Below, one piece after another: positions 1-9,238 of a stretch of DNA of 64,000 nucleotides. Origin of the DNA: an uncultured Pseudomonadota bacterium (lineage in GTDB: Bacteria > Myxococcota_A > Polyangia > Fen-1088); contig CAWKBC010000032.1 of the NCBI GenBank assembly GCA_963847705.1, positions 224,001 to 288,000 of the forward strand, in the 5' to 3' direction. The notes under the pieces are model-generated. The model had not been told where the DNA came from. It ran no database searches and worked only from the letters and a program-made list of their open reading frames with translations. Both the position numbers and the translations under genes were made by a program. Position 1 is the first letter of the stretch; each line of letters opens with the position of its first letter.

Positions 1-986
1 AGCTGGAGCTGGCGTTCGGCGAGGTGCGCCGCCAAGGGTCGGAGACGCCGACGCCCCCGTGGCTGGTCGATCGCATCTTCCGCAACCTGCTGGTCGACGT
101 CAGCGGCAACACGCACCGGACCGAGATCTGCATCGACAAGCTCTACAGCCCCGACAGCGCGACCGGCCGCCTGGGTCTCGTCGAGCTGCGTGCGTTCGAG
201 ATGCCGCCGCACGCGCAGATGAGCCTCACCCAGCAGCTCCTGCTCCGCTCGATGGTGGCCTGGTTCTGGCGCGCCCCCTACCAGCGGAATCCGGTGCGTT
301 GGGGGACGGGCCTCGTCGATCGTTTCACCCTCCCCCACTTCGTCGAGCAGGACTTCGAAGACGTGCTCGACGATCTGCGCAACGCGGGCTACCCATTTGC
401 GACCGATTGGTTCCGGGCCCATCGCGACTTCCGCTTCCCGCTCGCCGGCACCATCGCCGCCGACGGCGTGACCCTGGATCTGCGCCAGGCGATCGAGCCC
501 TGGCACGTGCTCGGCGAGGAGCCTGGTCCCGGCGGGACCGCCCGCTACGTCGACTCGTCGGTCGAACGGCTGGAGGTCAAGACGACCGGGCTGATCGAGG
601 GCCGTCACGTGATCGCCTGCAACGGTCGGCGCGTCCCCCTCCACCCGACCGGCTCGCCCGGTGAGGCGGTGGCCGGCGTGCGTTATCGCGCCTGGCAGCC
701 CCCCTCGGCGCTGCACCCGACCATCGGCGTGCACACGCCCCTGATCTTCGATCTGATCGACAGCTGGACCGGCCGCGCCATCGCGGGCTGCACGTACCAC
801 GTCGCCCACCCGGGCGGCCTCTCGCACGAGCGGCTGCCGACGAACGCGCTCGAGGCGGAGGGGCGGCGCATCGCCCGTTTCACCCCCTTCGGGCACACGC
901 CGGGCGCGCAGGAGGCGCCGCCCGAGGAGCACAACCCCGACTTCCCGCTCACGCTCGATCTGCGCCGCCCACCCCCGCCCCGCTGA
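1..986 (+). CDS. C-terminal part of a DUF2126 / transglutaminase-family protein (putative amidoligase-like); 5' end lies outside the window
   Basis: Motifs [53 protein letters not shown] and [17 protein letters not shown] recognised as DUF2126; frame is open from the window start. Confidence 0.85.
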   Translation, partial: LELAFGEVRRQGSETPTPPWLVDRIFRNLLVDVSGNTHRTEICIDKLYSPDSATGRLGLVELRAFEMPPHAQMSLTQQLLLRSMVAWFWRAPYQRNPVRWGTGLVDRFTLPHFVEQDFEDVLDDLRNAGYPFATDWFRAHRDFRFPLAGTIAADGVTLDLRQAIEPWHVLGEEPGPGGTARYVDSSVERLEVKTTGLIEGRHVIACNGRRVPLHPTGSPGEAVAGVRYRAWQPPSALHPTIGVHTPLIFDLIDSWTGRAIAGCTYHVAHPGGLSHERLPTNALEAEGRRIARFTPFGHTPGAQEAPPEEHNPDFPLTLDLRRPPPPR

Positions 987-1146
987 AGCCGCTCACGCCC
1001 CTCGGCGACGCCGCGCCGCTCCCCCTCCGGGTGGCCGGCAGCCGCGGCTCATTGGGTCCTGGTTCTTGCTTCGTGTAGAATCCAGCCTCAGGTTCTGGCA
1101 GGAAATAATCGATTTTTCAGTAAAAACCCTTGCCTGAGGAGCCCTG

Positions 1147-3876
1147 GTGGCCCGTATCTTCCCTTCACACTCTCTGCGAGTCTCGGTGGCCTCTCTCCTC
1201 GGAGCGGCGCTGGCTTTCGTGGCGCTCTCGGCGCCGGCCAGGGCACAAATTCTCTACGACACCACCGGCTACCCAGCAGGAGGATCGCCGGGTTCGACCG
1301 CAGCCGCCATCGCCACCTTCGACAGTTTGCCCGCGTCGACGACCGGGTACGGTTGCCACACGGTCGCGACCCTCGACGGCGTCAACAACCAGCTCAGCGG
1401 CGGAACGATGTCCAACATCGCGTTCCACGAATCGGCCATCTTCGTGGTGGCGCCGTCGCAGGCGGGTCTCTGGTCGTTCCGCTGGGGCCCCGACTTCGGA
1501 TGGGGCGGAACCCTGCTGCTCGACGGCGTCGAGCTGCAGGCGCGCTGGACCGACATCTGGTGGGGCGGAGCCTTCGTCGATCCCACTCAGTACCTCGCCG
1601 GCAGCGCCAACCTGTCGGCGGGCACGCACATCGTCGAGGTCTTTGGCTTCGAAGACTGCTGCGACGGCGCAGGAAACGCGCAGTTTCTCTCCCCTTTGAG
1701 CTCGACCTGGCAGGACATCTCGGCGGCGAACCTCACGCTGGTCCCCGCCGTCTGCGGCAGCCCGAGCCTTCTGCTGACCGGCAGCGCCTCGCCCAGCCCC
1801 GTGGTCGACGGCAGTCAGCTGACGTTCACGTTCTTCTACGAGAGCACCGGACAGTCGTCGGCGGCCGGCGCGCTGCTCTCGGCCTCGATCCCCGACAACA
1901 CGACCTTCGTCTCGGCGAGCGCGGGGGGCGTTTTCAGCAGCGGAGCGGTCAACTGGAACCTCGGCGCGCTGGGCGTGGGTGCTTCGGGAACTGTGTCGCT
2001 CACGGTTCAGGTCAACGCGCCGCTCCCGGACGGAACGCCGCTGTCCGACGTCGCCACCCTCACCGCGACGGGCGCCACCACGGCGACGGCCACCACGAAC
2101 GTCACGGTCAGCAATTCGGTCCTCACGCTGGAATCGGTCAGCGCGCCCAATCCTGTGATGGCCGGCGCCTCCCTCACGATCAGCCTGGCCTACGCGAACT
2201 CTGGCACCGGCGTGGGCGGGATGGCCACCCTGGTCGATCAGCTTCCCGCCAACACGACCTTCGTCTCGGCCTCGAACGGCGGCACCTACGACGGCACCTC
2301 GAATCAGGTGAGCTGGAACCTCGGGGCGCTGGCGATGGGGACCTCGGGCGGCGTCTCCTACGTCGTTCAGGTCGCGACCCCGTTGGCCGACGGAACGATC
2401 CTCAGTGACCTGGCGACCTTCTCGGCCACCAACAACACCCCGGTCACCGCCACCTCTTCGGCGAAGGTGCTCTACGAGCCTGTGCTGGGCCTGACCGACA
2501 CGCCAGCCCCCAACCCGGTCGCCGCCGGAGGGACGCTCGTCTACACGCTGGCCTTCGCGAACACCGGCTCCGCCGCGGCCTCGGGGGCGACGATCACCTA
2601 CGCCCTTCCGGCGAACGTGACCTTCCAGACCGCCAGCGACATCGGCACGTACAGCACCAGCGCCAACGCGGTGACCTGGAGCCTGGGGTCGATCGCCACC
2701 GGGGCCTCGGGCACCGTGACGGTCACCGTCGTGGTGGCGAGCCCGATCGCCAACGGCACGGTGCTCACCGACGCCGCCTCGTTGTCGACCGGCAACGCGC
2801 CCACCGTGCTGGCCAACGCGACCGTCGCCGTCACCAGCACGGCGGTGCTCTCGTTGACGGAGACGGGTGCGCCCAACCCGGTGGCCGCCGGCACCCAGCT
2901 GGTCTACACGCTCGCCTACGCCAACAACGGCACCGACACGGCGGCCGCGGCGGCGATCGTCGCCGCGGTCCCCAGCAACACCACCTTCGTCTCGGCGACG
3001 AGCGGTGGGACCTACGACAGCGGCGCCAACCAGGTGACGTTCAACCTCGGGGGCGTACCGGCTGGTATCAAGGGGACCGTGGCCTTCACCGTCCAGGTCG
3101 CCGCGCCGCTCGCCAACGCGACCTCGCTGACCGCCTCGTCCACGCTGTCCGCCACCGGCGTCGCCAGCGCACCCGCGATGGCCACCACCTCGGTGGCGAG
3201 CGCGCCGACGCTGTCGCTCACGAACACGGGAGCGCCCAACCCGGTGCTGGCGGGCAACCAGCTGACCTACACCCTGGCGTTCGCCAACCACGGCACCGAC
3301 ACTGCACATGGGGCCACCCTGACGAACCCCTTGCCGATCGGCTCGAGCTTCATCTCGGCCAGCAACGGGGGAAGCTACGACGCTGGCGCCAACACCGTGA
3401 GCTGGAGCCTGGGCGATCTCGCCTCCGGGGCCAGCGGCTCGGTGACCTTGGTCGTGCGGATCGGGAGCAACGCGGTGGTGGGCCTCCTGTCCGACACAGC
3501 CACGCTGGCCGCGACCAACAACGCCACGGCCGTGCCCGCGACATCGATGACGATGGTGAGCTCGCCAGTTCTGCCGGACGCCGGCCCCGACGGGGGAACC
3601 GCCGACGCGGCGACCGGCGGCTCCAGCGGAAGTGGAGCGGGCGCAGGTGGTGCGGCCGGCGGGACGAGCGCCACCGACGCAGGGGGAGCCGCGGGCGGGA
3701 GCGCGCTCGGCACCGGGGGCGGCGGCAGCAAGGGCGCCGCCGGTTCCGGCGGCCAATCGAACGCCTCGTCGGGCTGCGACTGCGCGGTCGGTCAGGCACC
3801 CAGGCCCACCAGCCTCTTCGGACTCGGTGTGGTGGTGGGCCTCCTGCTGGTCGGCCGCCGGAAGCGCCGCCGCTAG
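1147..3876 (+). CDS. Secreted surface protein: CCxG-motif (PA14-like) N-domain, five DUF11-type Ig-like repeats, Gly-rich linker, MYXO-CTERM tail
   Basis: Signal peptide ending APARA; FEDCCDG motif; five repeats starting L-x-L-T...(A)PNPV.AG..L.YT; C-terminus SGCDCAVG + hydrophobic helix + RRKRRR. Confidence 0.85.
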   Translation: MARIFPSHSLRVSVASLLGAALAFVALSAPARAQILYDTTGYPAGGSPGSTAAAIATFDSLPASTTGYGCHTVATLDGVNNQLSGGTMSNIAFHESAIFVVAPSQAGLWSFRWGPDFGWGGTLLLDGVELQARWTDIWWGGAFVDPTQYLAGSANLSAGTHIVEVFGFEDCCDGAGNAQFLSPLSSTWQDISAANLTLVPAVCGSPSLLLTGSASPSPVVDGSQLTFTFFYESTGQSSAAGALLSASIPDNTTFVSASAGGVFSSGAVNWNLGALGVGASGTVSLTVQVNAPLPDGTPLSDVATLTATGATTATATTNVTVSNSVLTLESVSAPNPVMAGASLTISLAYANSGTGVGGMATLVDQLPANTTFVSASNGGTYDGTSNQVSWNLGALAMGTSGGVSYVVQVATPLADGTILSDLATFSATNNTPVTATSSAKVLYEPVLGLTDTPAPNPVAAGGTLVYTLAFANTGSAAASGATITYALPANVTFQTASDIGTYSTSANAVTWSLGSIATGASGTVTVTVVVASPIANGTVLTDAASLSTGNAPTVLANATVAVTSTAVLSLTETGAPNPVAAGTQLVYTLAYANNGTDTAAAAAIVAAVPSNTTFVSATSGGTYDSGANQVTFNLGGVPAGIKGTVAFTVQVAAPLANATSLTASSTLSATGVASAPAMATTSVASAPTLSLTNTGAPNPVLAGNQLTYTLAFANHGTDTAHGATLTNPLPIGSSFISASNGGSYDAGANTVSWSLGDLASGASGSVTLVVRIGSNAVVGLLSDTATLAATNNATAVPATSMTMVSSPVLPDAGPDGGTADAATGGSSGSGAGAGGAAGGTSATDAGGAAGGSALGTGGGGSKGAAGSGGQSNASSGCDCAVGQAPRPTSLFGLGVVVGLLLVGRRKRRR

Positions 3877-3887
3877 GCGGCGGCGGC

Positions 3888-4343
3888 CTAGGTCTGACCA
3901 AGCCGAAGCTGGGCGAGCTTCTCGACCAACTCGGCGGCCTCGAAGGGCTTGGCGATGACCTCGACGTCGCCGAGCCCGGCCGCCGCGAGCCGCGCGCGGA
4001 TCTCCTCCGGATCGTCGCCCGTCATGAGCAGCATCGGGATCCCCCACAGGCGGGCGCTCCTGCGCATCCAGACCAGGAGATCGATCCCGGTCCAGCGCCC
4101 GCCGAGGTTGTGGTCAGTCAACACCAGCGACGGCTCGTGCCTCGCCAGCAGTTGCTGCGCCTCCTCGACCGAAGAGGTCGCCAAACAGGGCCGGTTGCTG
4201 CCGACCAGCAGGCGGCGCAGCGCGTAGCGCACCAGCTCGTCGTCCTCGACCAGCAGCACGTCCGATCGACGGCCATGCGGGCCGTGCGCGGCATCGGCCG
4301 CGGGCCGCGCCATCACGTCGGAGATCGGCAGCGTTCCCATCAC
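3888..4343 (-). CDS. Single-domain response regulator (REC)
   Basis: VLLVEDD, LVLTD (phosphoacceptor), LLMTG, IAKPF; exact start uncertain. Confidence 0.85.
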   Translation of the reverse strand: MMGTLPISDVMARPAADAAHGPHGRRSDVLLVEDDELVRYALRRLLVGSNRPCLATSSVEEAQQLLARHEPSLVLTDHNLGGRWTGIDLLVWMRRSARLWGIPMLLMTGDDPEEIRARLAAAGLGDVEVIAKPFEAAELVEKLAQLRLGQT

Positions 4344-4389
4344 AGTCCTCCTTCACGGTTTCGATACGGCGGCGCCGCGAAGCGTTGCC

Positions 4390-4692
4390 TCAGTTGCCAT
4401 CGGGACGCGGGTGGTGATGCGCCCGCGCCTCGCGAATCGCCGTCTGGCATCCGGCCGACAGCTCGTCCTTGTGCGCGCGCAGACATTCGCGGAGGCGCCC
4501 CTCCCCCGGCTTGACGTCCTTGCACAGACGCTCGACGTCCTCGTGACAGGCTTCGCGCACCTTCGCGAAGTCGCCCGACCCGCCCCCGCCGGGCGGCGGT
4601 GGCGGAGGGGGCGGTGTGCTCTGTGCAAACGCGAGCGATGAAGTGGCGAGCGCCACACCGAAGAGCGTCGTGCGAATGAACTTCGTCGTCAT
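4390..4692 (-). CDS. Small secreted cysteine-rich repeat (GLG1/Cys_rich_FGFR-like) protein
   Basis: GGAGG RBS before ATG 4692; signal peptide ending AFA; ACHEDVERLCKDVKPGEGRLRECLRAHKDELSAGC. Confidence 0.75.
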   Translation of the reverse strand: MTTKFIRTTLFGVALATSSLAFAQSTPPPPPPPPGGGGSGDFAKVREACHEDVERLCKDVKPGEGRLRECLRAHKDELSAGCQTAIREARAHHHPRPDGN

Positions 4693-4905
4693 GTTGACCT
4701 CCGCCCGGGTGGACCCGGCCCGCCCAGCGAAGTTAGGCCCCGGCGGGCGTCGGCGCCCGCGACCCGGAACGGTGAGCGTCAGCGCCCGCGCGCCAGCGCG
4801 AGCTCGATGATCGGTTTTCGCGAGCCCGTTTCGGTTCGACGAGCAACTGCATATACGATGCACTCACCCTCTGACCGGGCCCCGCTTCGAGGGGCCCGAA
4901 CGCGC

Positions 4906-6336
4906 ATGACCCGACCGATGAGCAAGGCGTTTACCTTTTTTCTGGTTCCTCTGGTGACGGTGGGGGTGGCGCTGACCTGCGCCTTCTTCGACCTGCACCT
5001 GGGCGTCGCCCAGGCCGCCGATCAGAAGGCGATCCTCGCCAAGATCAAGGCGCACTATCAGGCGGCCGCGGGTGCCTACGACGACGGAGAGCTCGACAAG
5101 ACGCAGGGCGAGCTCCAGCAGGCGTTGAAGCTGGCGGACGACAACGGACTCGGAGCTCAGAAGCTGGTCGCCCAGGTCTACGTCCTCTACGGCGTCCTGG
5201 AGGTCGCCGGTCTCGGGGACCAGGGGCAGGGCATCAAGTGCTTCGCCAAGGCGCTGGACATCAGCCCCGCCATTCAGGTCCCACCCACGATGGCCTCCAA
5301 GGCAGTCCTGGCAGCCTTCGACCGGGCCGAGAATCAGGAGAGCGAGACGCCGGAAGCGCCCGCGGCGCAAGCAGCTGCGGACGAGGTCACACCGGCCGCG
5401 CTGACCAAGCCCGCCCCGGCGGGGAAGTCGGAGTCTGCGCCGCGAAGGGATCCCGCGCGAAGCGATCCCGCGCGAAGCGATTCGCGGCGAAGCGATCCCG
5501 CGCGAAGCGATTCGGGGCGAAGCGATTCAGAAAAAGAGAAGCTGGTCGAGGACCTGGCCGCCAGCCAGGCCGGCGAGAAGAGAGAACGCGAAGCGAGCAA
5601 CAAGCTGGCGCACGACAAGTCGGAGAGCGACAAGCAGCTCGCCGAGGCGAAGCGCAGCCTGCTGGAGCTGACCAAGCAGAAGGCCGACACCGACCGGCTG
5701 CTCGCCGCCGCGCGCGACGAGGCCAAGAAGGAGCGCGAGGCCAGGGAGAAGCTCCAACAGCAGAAGGGGGAGAGCGACAAGCAGCTCGCCGAGGCGAAGC
5801 GCAGCTTGCTGGAGCTGACCAAGCAGAAGGCCGACACCGACCGACAGCTCGCCGCCGCGCGCGACGACGCCAAGAAGGAGCGCGAGGCCAAGGAGAAGCT
5901 GGCCGCCGCGCGTCGCGAGGCCGACACCCGCGACGCCGAACGCAAGAACAAGGAGCTCCAGGAGCGAACGGCGCGCGAGAAGCTGGCCGAGGGGCCCGAG
6001 CTGCCGGCGCACATCTCCGAGCAGATCGCCTGCACGGTCCCCGACGAGGTCGCGCCGGGCGCCGACCTCTTCGTCCATTGCGTGCCGCGCGCCGGGCTCG
6101 ACGCCAAGGTGGTTGCGCTCTATTACCGCTCGGGCGGCGCCGTCGTGTACAACGCCAGCACGATGGATCGCTCCAAGAAGGGGTGGTACACGGCGCTGAT
6201 TCCCGGCGGAAAGATCGCGGGGAAGGTGTTGCACTACTACGTCGAGGCGCGCGACGGCCGGCAGGACGTGGTGGGCGCGAACGGGCACGCCAACTCGCCC
6301 AACATTGCCACCATCCGCCCGGGCACGGCGCGGTAG
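4906..6336 (+). CDS. Secreted/membrane TPR-like and coiled-coil protein with a C-terminal beta domain
   Basis: N-terminal hydrophobic segment, TPR-like helices (CFAKALDISP), long E/K/R coiled coil with internal duplication; start could be 4906 or 4918. Confidence 0.7.
   Translation: MTRPMSKAFTFFLVPLVTVGVALTCAFFDLHLGVAQAADQKAILAKIKAHYQAAAGAYDDGELDKTQGELQQALKLADDNGLGAQKLVAQVYVLYGVLEVAGLGDQGQGIKCFAKALDISPAIQVPPTMASKAVLAAFDRAENQESETPEAPAAQAAADEVTPAALTKPAPAGKSESAPRRDPARSDPARSDSRRSDPARSDSGRSDSEKEKLVEDLAASQAGEKREREASNKLAHDKSESDKQLAEAKRSLLELTKQKADTDRLLAAARDEAKKEREAREKLQQQKGESDKQLAEAKRSLLELTKQKADTDRQLAAARDDAKKEREAKEKLAAARREADTRDAERKNKELQERTAREKLAEGPELPAHISEQIACTVPDEVAPGADLFVHCVPRAGLDAKVVALYYRSGGAVVYNASTMDRSKKGWYTALIPGGKIAGKVLHYYVEARDGRQDVVGANGHANSPNIATIRPGTAR
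5449..5523 (+). repeat. In-frame 15-bp tandem repeat x5 (GAT(C/T)C..GCGAAGC; D-P/S-x-R-S)
   Basis: Read directly from the sequence. Confidence 0.9.
5623..5900 (+). repeat. Near-identical internal duplication with a 147-bp (49-aa) period in the coiled coil
   Basis: GAGAGCGACAAGCAGCTCGCCGAGGCGAAGCGCAGC starts at both 5623 and 5770. Confidence 0.9.
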
Positions 6337-6349
6337 TCTGCGTCGACCG

Positions 6350-6838
6350 TCAGCCCGCGACGGGCGTGCCGATCATCGTCGTCATCGGAATCTTGTCGGC
6401 GGCGACGCTCACCGCGCTCGGCATCGGCGCCGGGGCCGATCCCTCGGCCAGCTGGAGCCGCTCCTTGACCTCCGTCGTCTCCTTCAGATCCGCCTCCAGC
6501 GAGGCGATCTCCTGGCGGTGCGCCTCGAGCTGCTTCTCCAGCTCGGCGTTCTTCGCGTGAAAGTCGGCGATGCGATCCCGCGTGAACTTCTCCTTGCGGG
6601 TCGCGTCCTCGATGATCTCCGGCAGCCGCACGTTGAGCGACGCCAGCGTGGCGCGCACGACGCGCACGACCAGCTCGACGTTCTGATCGGCCGGCAGCGA
6701 CCGCATCAGATGGATCGTCTCGGCGATCCCGTATTTGAGGGGCTGCCCCGGTTTTGCCGGCAGCGGGGCCGGTGCAGGACCACCAACCTCCGCCGCGACC
6801 TTCTGCTCCCAGTTCTCTTTTTTTGCGAACATGGCCAT
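6350..6838 (-). CDS. Hypothetical coiled-coil protein
   Basis: Strong GC3 bias, GAGGGGAGG RBS upstream, heptad-rich C-terminal half. Confidence 0.7.
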   Translation of the reverse strand: MAMFAKKENWEQKVAAEVGGPAPAPLPAKPGQPLKYGIAETIHLMRSLPADQNVELVVRVVRATLASLNVRLPEIIEDATRKEKFTRDRIADFHAKNAELEKQLEAHRQEIASLEADLKETTEVKERLQLAEGSAPAPMPSAVSVAADKIPMTTMIGTPVAG

Positions 6839-6944
6839 CTTCCGCCTCCCCTCGCCTTTTCGGCAGATTCTGGCAGAGCTTGACCCGGCCCGCAGGCGGG
6901 GCTCCGACCGGCGCGGTCCCGTATGGTAGTTTCCCAGTGATCAC

Positions 6945-7619
6945 ATGAAGATCCTGGTCATCGACGTGGGTGGGACCCACGTCAAAGCGCAAGCCACCGG
7001 ACAGCGTTCGCGGCGCAAGCTCCCGTCCGGGCCCGGGATGACGCCCCATCTGATGGTGCGCGAGGTGGGAGATCTCATCACCGATTGGCAGTACGACGTG
7101 GTGTCGATCGGGGTTCCGACGCGCGTCCTCCGCGGACAGATCGCCGCCGAGCCGGCGAACCTCGGACGCGGGTGGGTCAAGTTCGATTTCGCCCGCGCCT
7201 TCGAACGACCGGTGAAGCTGATCAACGACGCGGCCATGCAGGCCCTCGGCGCGTACCAGGGGGGGCGGATGCTCTTCCTGGGGCTGGGGACGGGCCTCGG
7301 GTCGGCGATGATCGCCGACGGCGTGGTCGTCCCGATGGAGCTGGCCCACCTCCCCTACAAGAAGGATCGAACCTACGAGGACCTGGTCGGGCGGCGCGGC
7401 CTCGAACGCAGCGGCAGGAAGAGATGGCGGCGCGACGTGGCCGACGTCGTCAACCGGTTGGCGATCGCGCTCGAGGCCGAGGATCTGGTCCTCGGCGGCG
7501 GCAACGCCAAGCATCTGAAGAAGCTCCCCAAGGGGGCCCGCCGCTGCACCAACGCCGACGCGATCAAGGGTGGATACCGCCTCTGGACCGAGGGCGGCGG
7601 TCAGGGCCGCAAAGACTGA
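6945..7619 (+). CDS. ROK family sugar kinase (polyphosphate glucokinase-like)
   Basis: ILVIDVGGTHVK, INDAAMQALG, LGLGTGLGSA, MELAHLPY, LVLGGGN. Confidence 0.85.
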   Translation: MKILVIDVGGTHVKAQATGQRSRRKLPSGPGMTPHLMVREVGDLITDWQYDVVSIGVPTRVLRGQIAAEPANLGRGWVKFDFARAFERPVKLINDAAMQALGAYQGGRMLFLGLGTGLGSAMIADGVVVPMELAHLPYKKDRTYEDLVGRRGLERSGRKRWRRDVADVVNRLAIALEAEDLVLGGGNAKHLKKLPKGARRCTNADAIKGGYRLWTEGGGQGRKD

Positions 7620-7848
7620 GCGTCCTCGGGACGGCCAACGGCAAAGGTCGTCGCAAGGATTCCCCACTTTCTGGCCGAGGTAGACGCCGAGCTCGTCGCA
7701 GATGAGCTGGTGGTTGTTGATCGGCTCGCCGCTCTTCTCGTCGACCGAACCATGGTGAAGATCTCGCCTTCGTCGATGTCGTCGTTGCGGCCGGTCGCCT
7801 GCTGGGGTTCGACGGCCGCGCGGACATCGCCCCCAACATATCCGTGTC

Positions 7849-7854
7849 TATACT
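7849..7854 (+). promoter_or_regulatory. -10 box TATACT 7 nt before ATG 7862 (probable leaderless promoter)
   Basis: TATACT-tctcccc-ATG with no Shine-Dalgarno. Confidence 0.55.
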
Positions 7855-7861
7855 TCTCCCC

Positions 7862-8581
7862 ATGCATGATCGGGGGAACGGGCGGCAGGACGGGGGCCGT
7901 GACGGGCGCCGGGAGTTCTTGGTGGGCGTGGCCGGCGCCGGTGCCGTGCTGATCTCGACGGCGGCCGCGGGCGCCGAGTCCAGGCATGGCGGTGCCGGCG
8001 GCGACGTCCCCCCCACCGAGGATCTGATGCGCGAGCACGGCGTGCTGCGACGGCTCCTGCTCGTCTACGAGGAGGCGATCCGGAAGCTGCCCTCGGGCGA
8101 CGCGGCGATGGTCGACGTGATTGCGGGCGCCGCGAACATCGTTCACCGGTTCGTCGAGGGGTATCACGAGAAGCTGGAAGAGGACTTCGTCTTCCCCAAG
8201 CTCGAGCAAGCCGGGAAGCTCGTCGACCTGACCCAGGTGCTGCGCATCCAGCACGCGGCCGGGCGCAAGGTGACCGACGCGATCCGCGAGGCGACCAGGC
8301 AGAAGTCGCTGGGGCCGGAGCGGCGCCAGTCGCTGACCGCCAACCTCCAGGCCTTCATCCGCATGTATGCCCCCCACGCCGCCTGGGAGGACACCGAGCT
8401 CTTCCCTGCCTTCCGCCAGCTCTACACCGCAGCGGAGCTCGACCGTCTCGGCGATCGCTTCGAGGCGCAGGAGCACAAGTTGCTGGGCGGCGGCGGCTTC
8501 GAGGGATCACTCGCGGAGGTGGGCGAGCTCGAGAAAGAGCTGGGGATCCACGACCTCAGCAAGTTCACGCCCGGCGTTTAG
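7862..8581 (+). CDS. Tat-exported hemerythrin (HHE) domain protein
   Basis: GRREFLVG twin-arginine signal; LMREHGVLRR, YHEKLEEDFVFP, QH, PHAAWEDTELFP hemerythrin motifs. Confidence 0.85.
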   Translation: MHDRGNGRQDGGRDGRREFLVGVAGAGAVLISTAAAGAESRHGGAGGDVPPTEDLMREHGVLRRLLLVYEEAIRKLPSGDAAMVDVIAGAANIVHRFVEGYHEKLEEDFVFPKLEQAGKLVDLTQVLRIQHAAGRKVTDAIREATRQKSLGPERRQSLTANLQAFIRMYAPHAAWEDTELFPAFRQLYTAAELDRLGDRFEAQEHKLLGGGGFEGSLAEVGELEKELGIHDLSKFTPGV

Positions 8582-8729
8582 GCCCGCCTCCATGCCCAAT
8601 CCCAATATCTGACGCGCTGACGCGATGACGCGCGGCGACCGGACGCCGCAGAAGCTCGGCCGTTCATTGCCGCTGCGCGCGAGCAGCACGCGATTGCCAA
8701 AACCGCGCTCAGTTCGGATAAAATGAGGC

Positions 8730-9197
8730 GTGCACGAACGGATGTCGCGCTCGCGTTCATTGTTCCACCAGGCGGCGCTGGCCATCGCCATCGGGGGGCT
8801 CTCCTCGACGGCCTGTTACGAGGCCAAGCCACTGCACCTCACGGTTCAAACGGCGGCCACGACGCTCGACTGCGCCAGCACCGCGGATCGCGTCTTCTTC
8901 GACGCGTCCTACGTCCGCATGAGCAACGTGCTCGGCCCGAGCGTGTTTTACACACCCCGCGTCGGCCCGCCCCGACAGACGACGTCGACGCGCACCGGGA
9001 GCCTCGGATGGGGCATCGGCGTCTGGCTCACGGAGCGCGCGCCCCAGGGGGACCACGGCTCCTGTGGCTTCGCGCTGGAGGGGCTCTCGCCCGATCCGGC
9101 CTGCGGCCCGACCTGTCCCTATTCTTCGCAGCGCGGCGCCGACGTCGATCAGGCGCTGCGGGACATGACGCGGCGGCTGGCCGCGGCGTTCGAGTAA
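8730..9197 (+). CDS. Hypothetical lipoprotein
   Basis: Hydrophobic stretch plus STAC lipobox-like motif; TAAAAT 5 nt before the GTG start. Confidence 0.6.
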   Translation: MHERMSRSRSLFHQAALAIAIGGLSSTACYEAKPLHLTVQTAATTLDCASTADRVFFDASYVRMSNVLGPSVFYTPRVGPPRQTTSTRTGSLGWGIGVWLTERAPQGDHGSCGFALEGLSPDPACGPTCPYSSQRGADVDQALRDMTRRLAAAFE

Positions 9198-9238
9198 CCG
9201 CCAGCAACCTCCAGGACCTCGAGGCACCGCCCCGCGCG

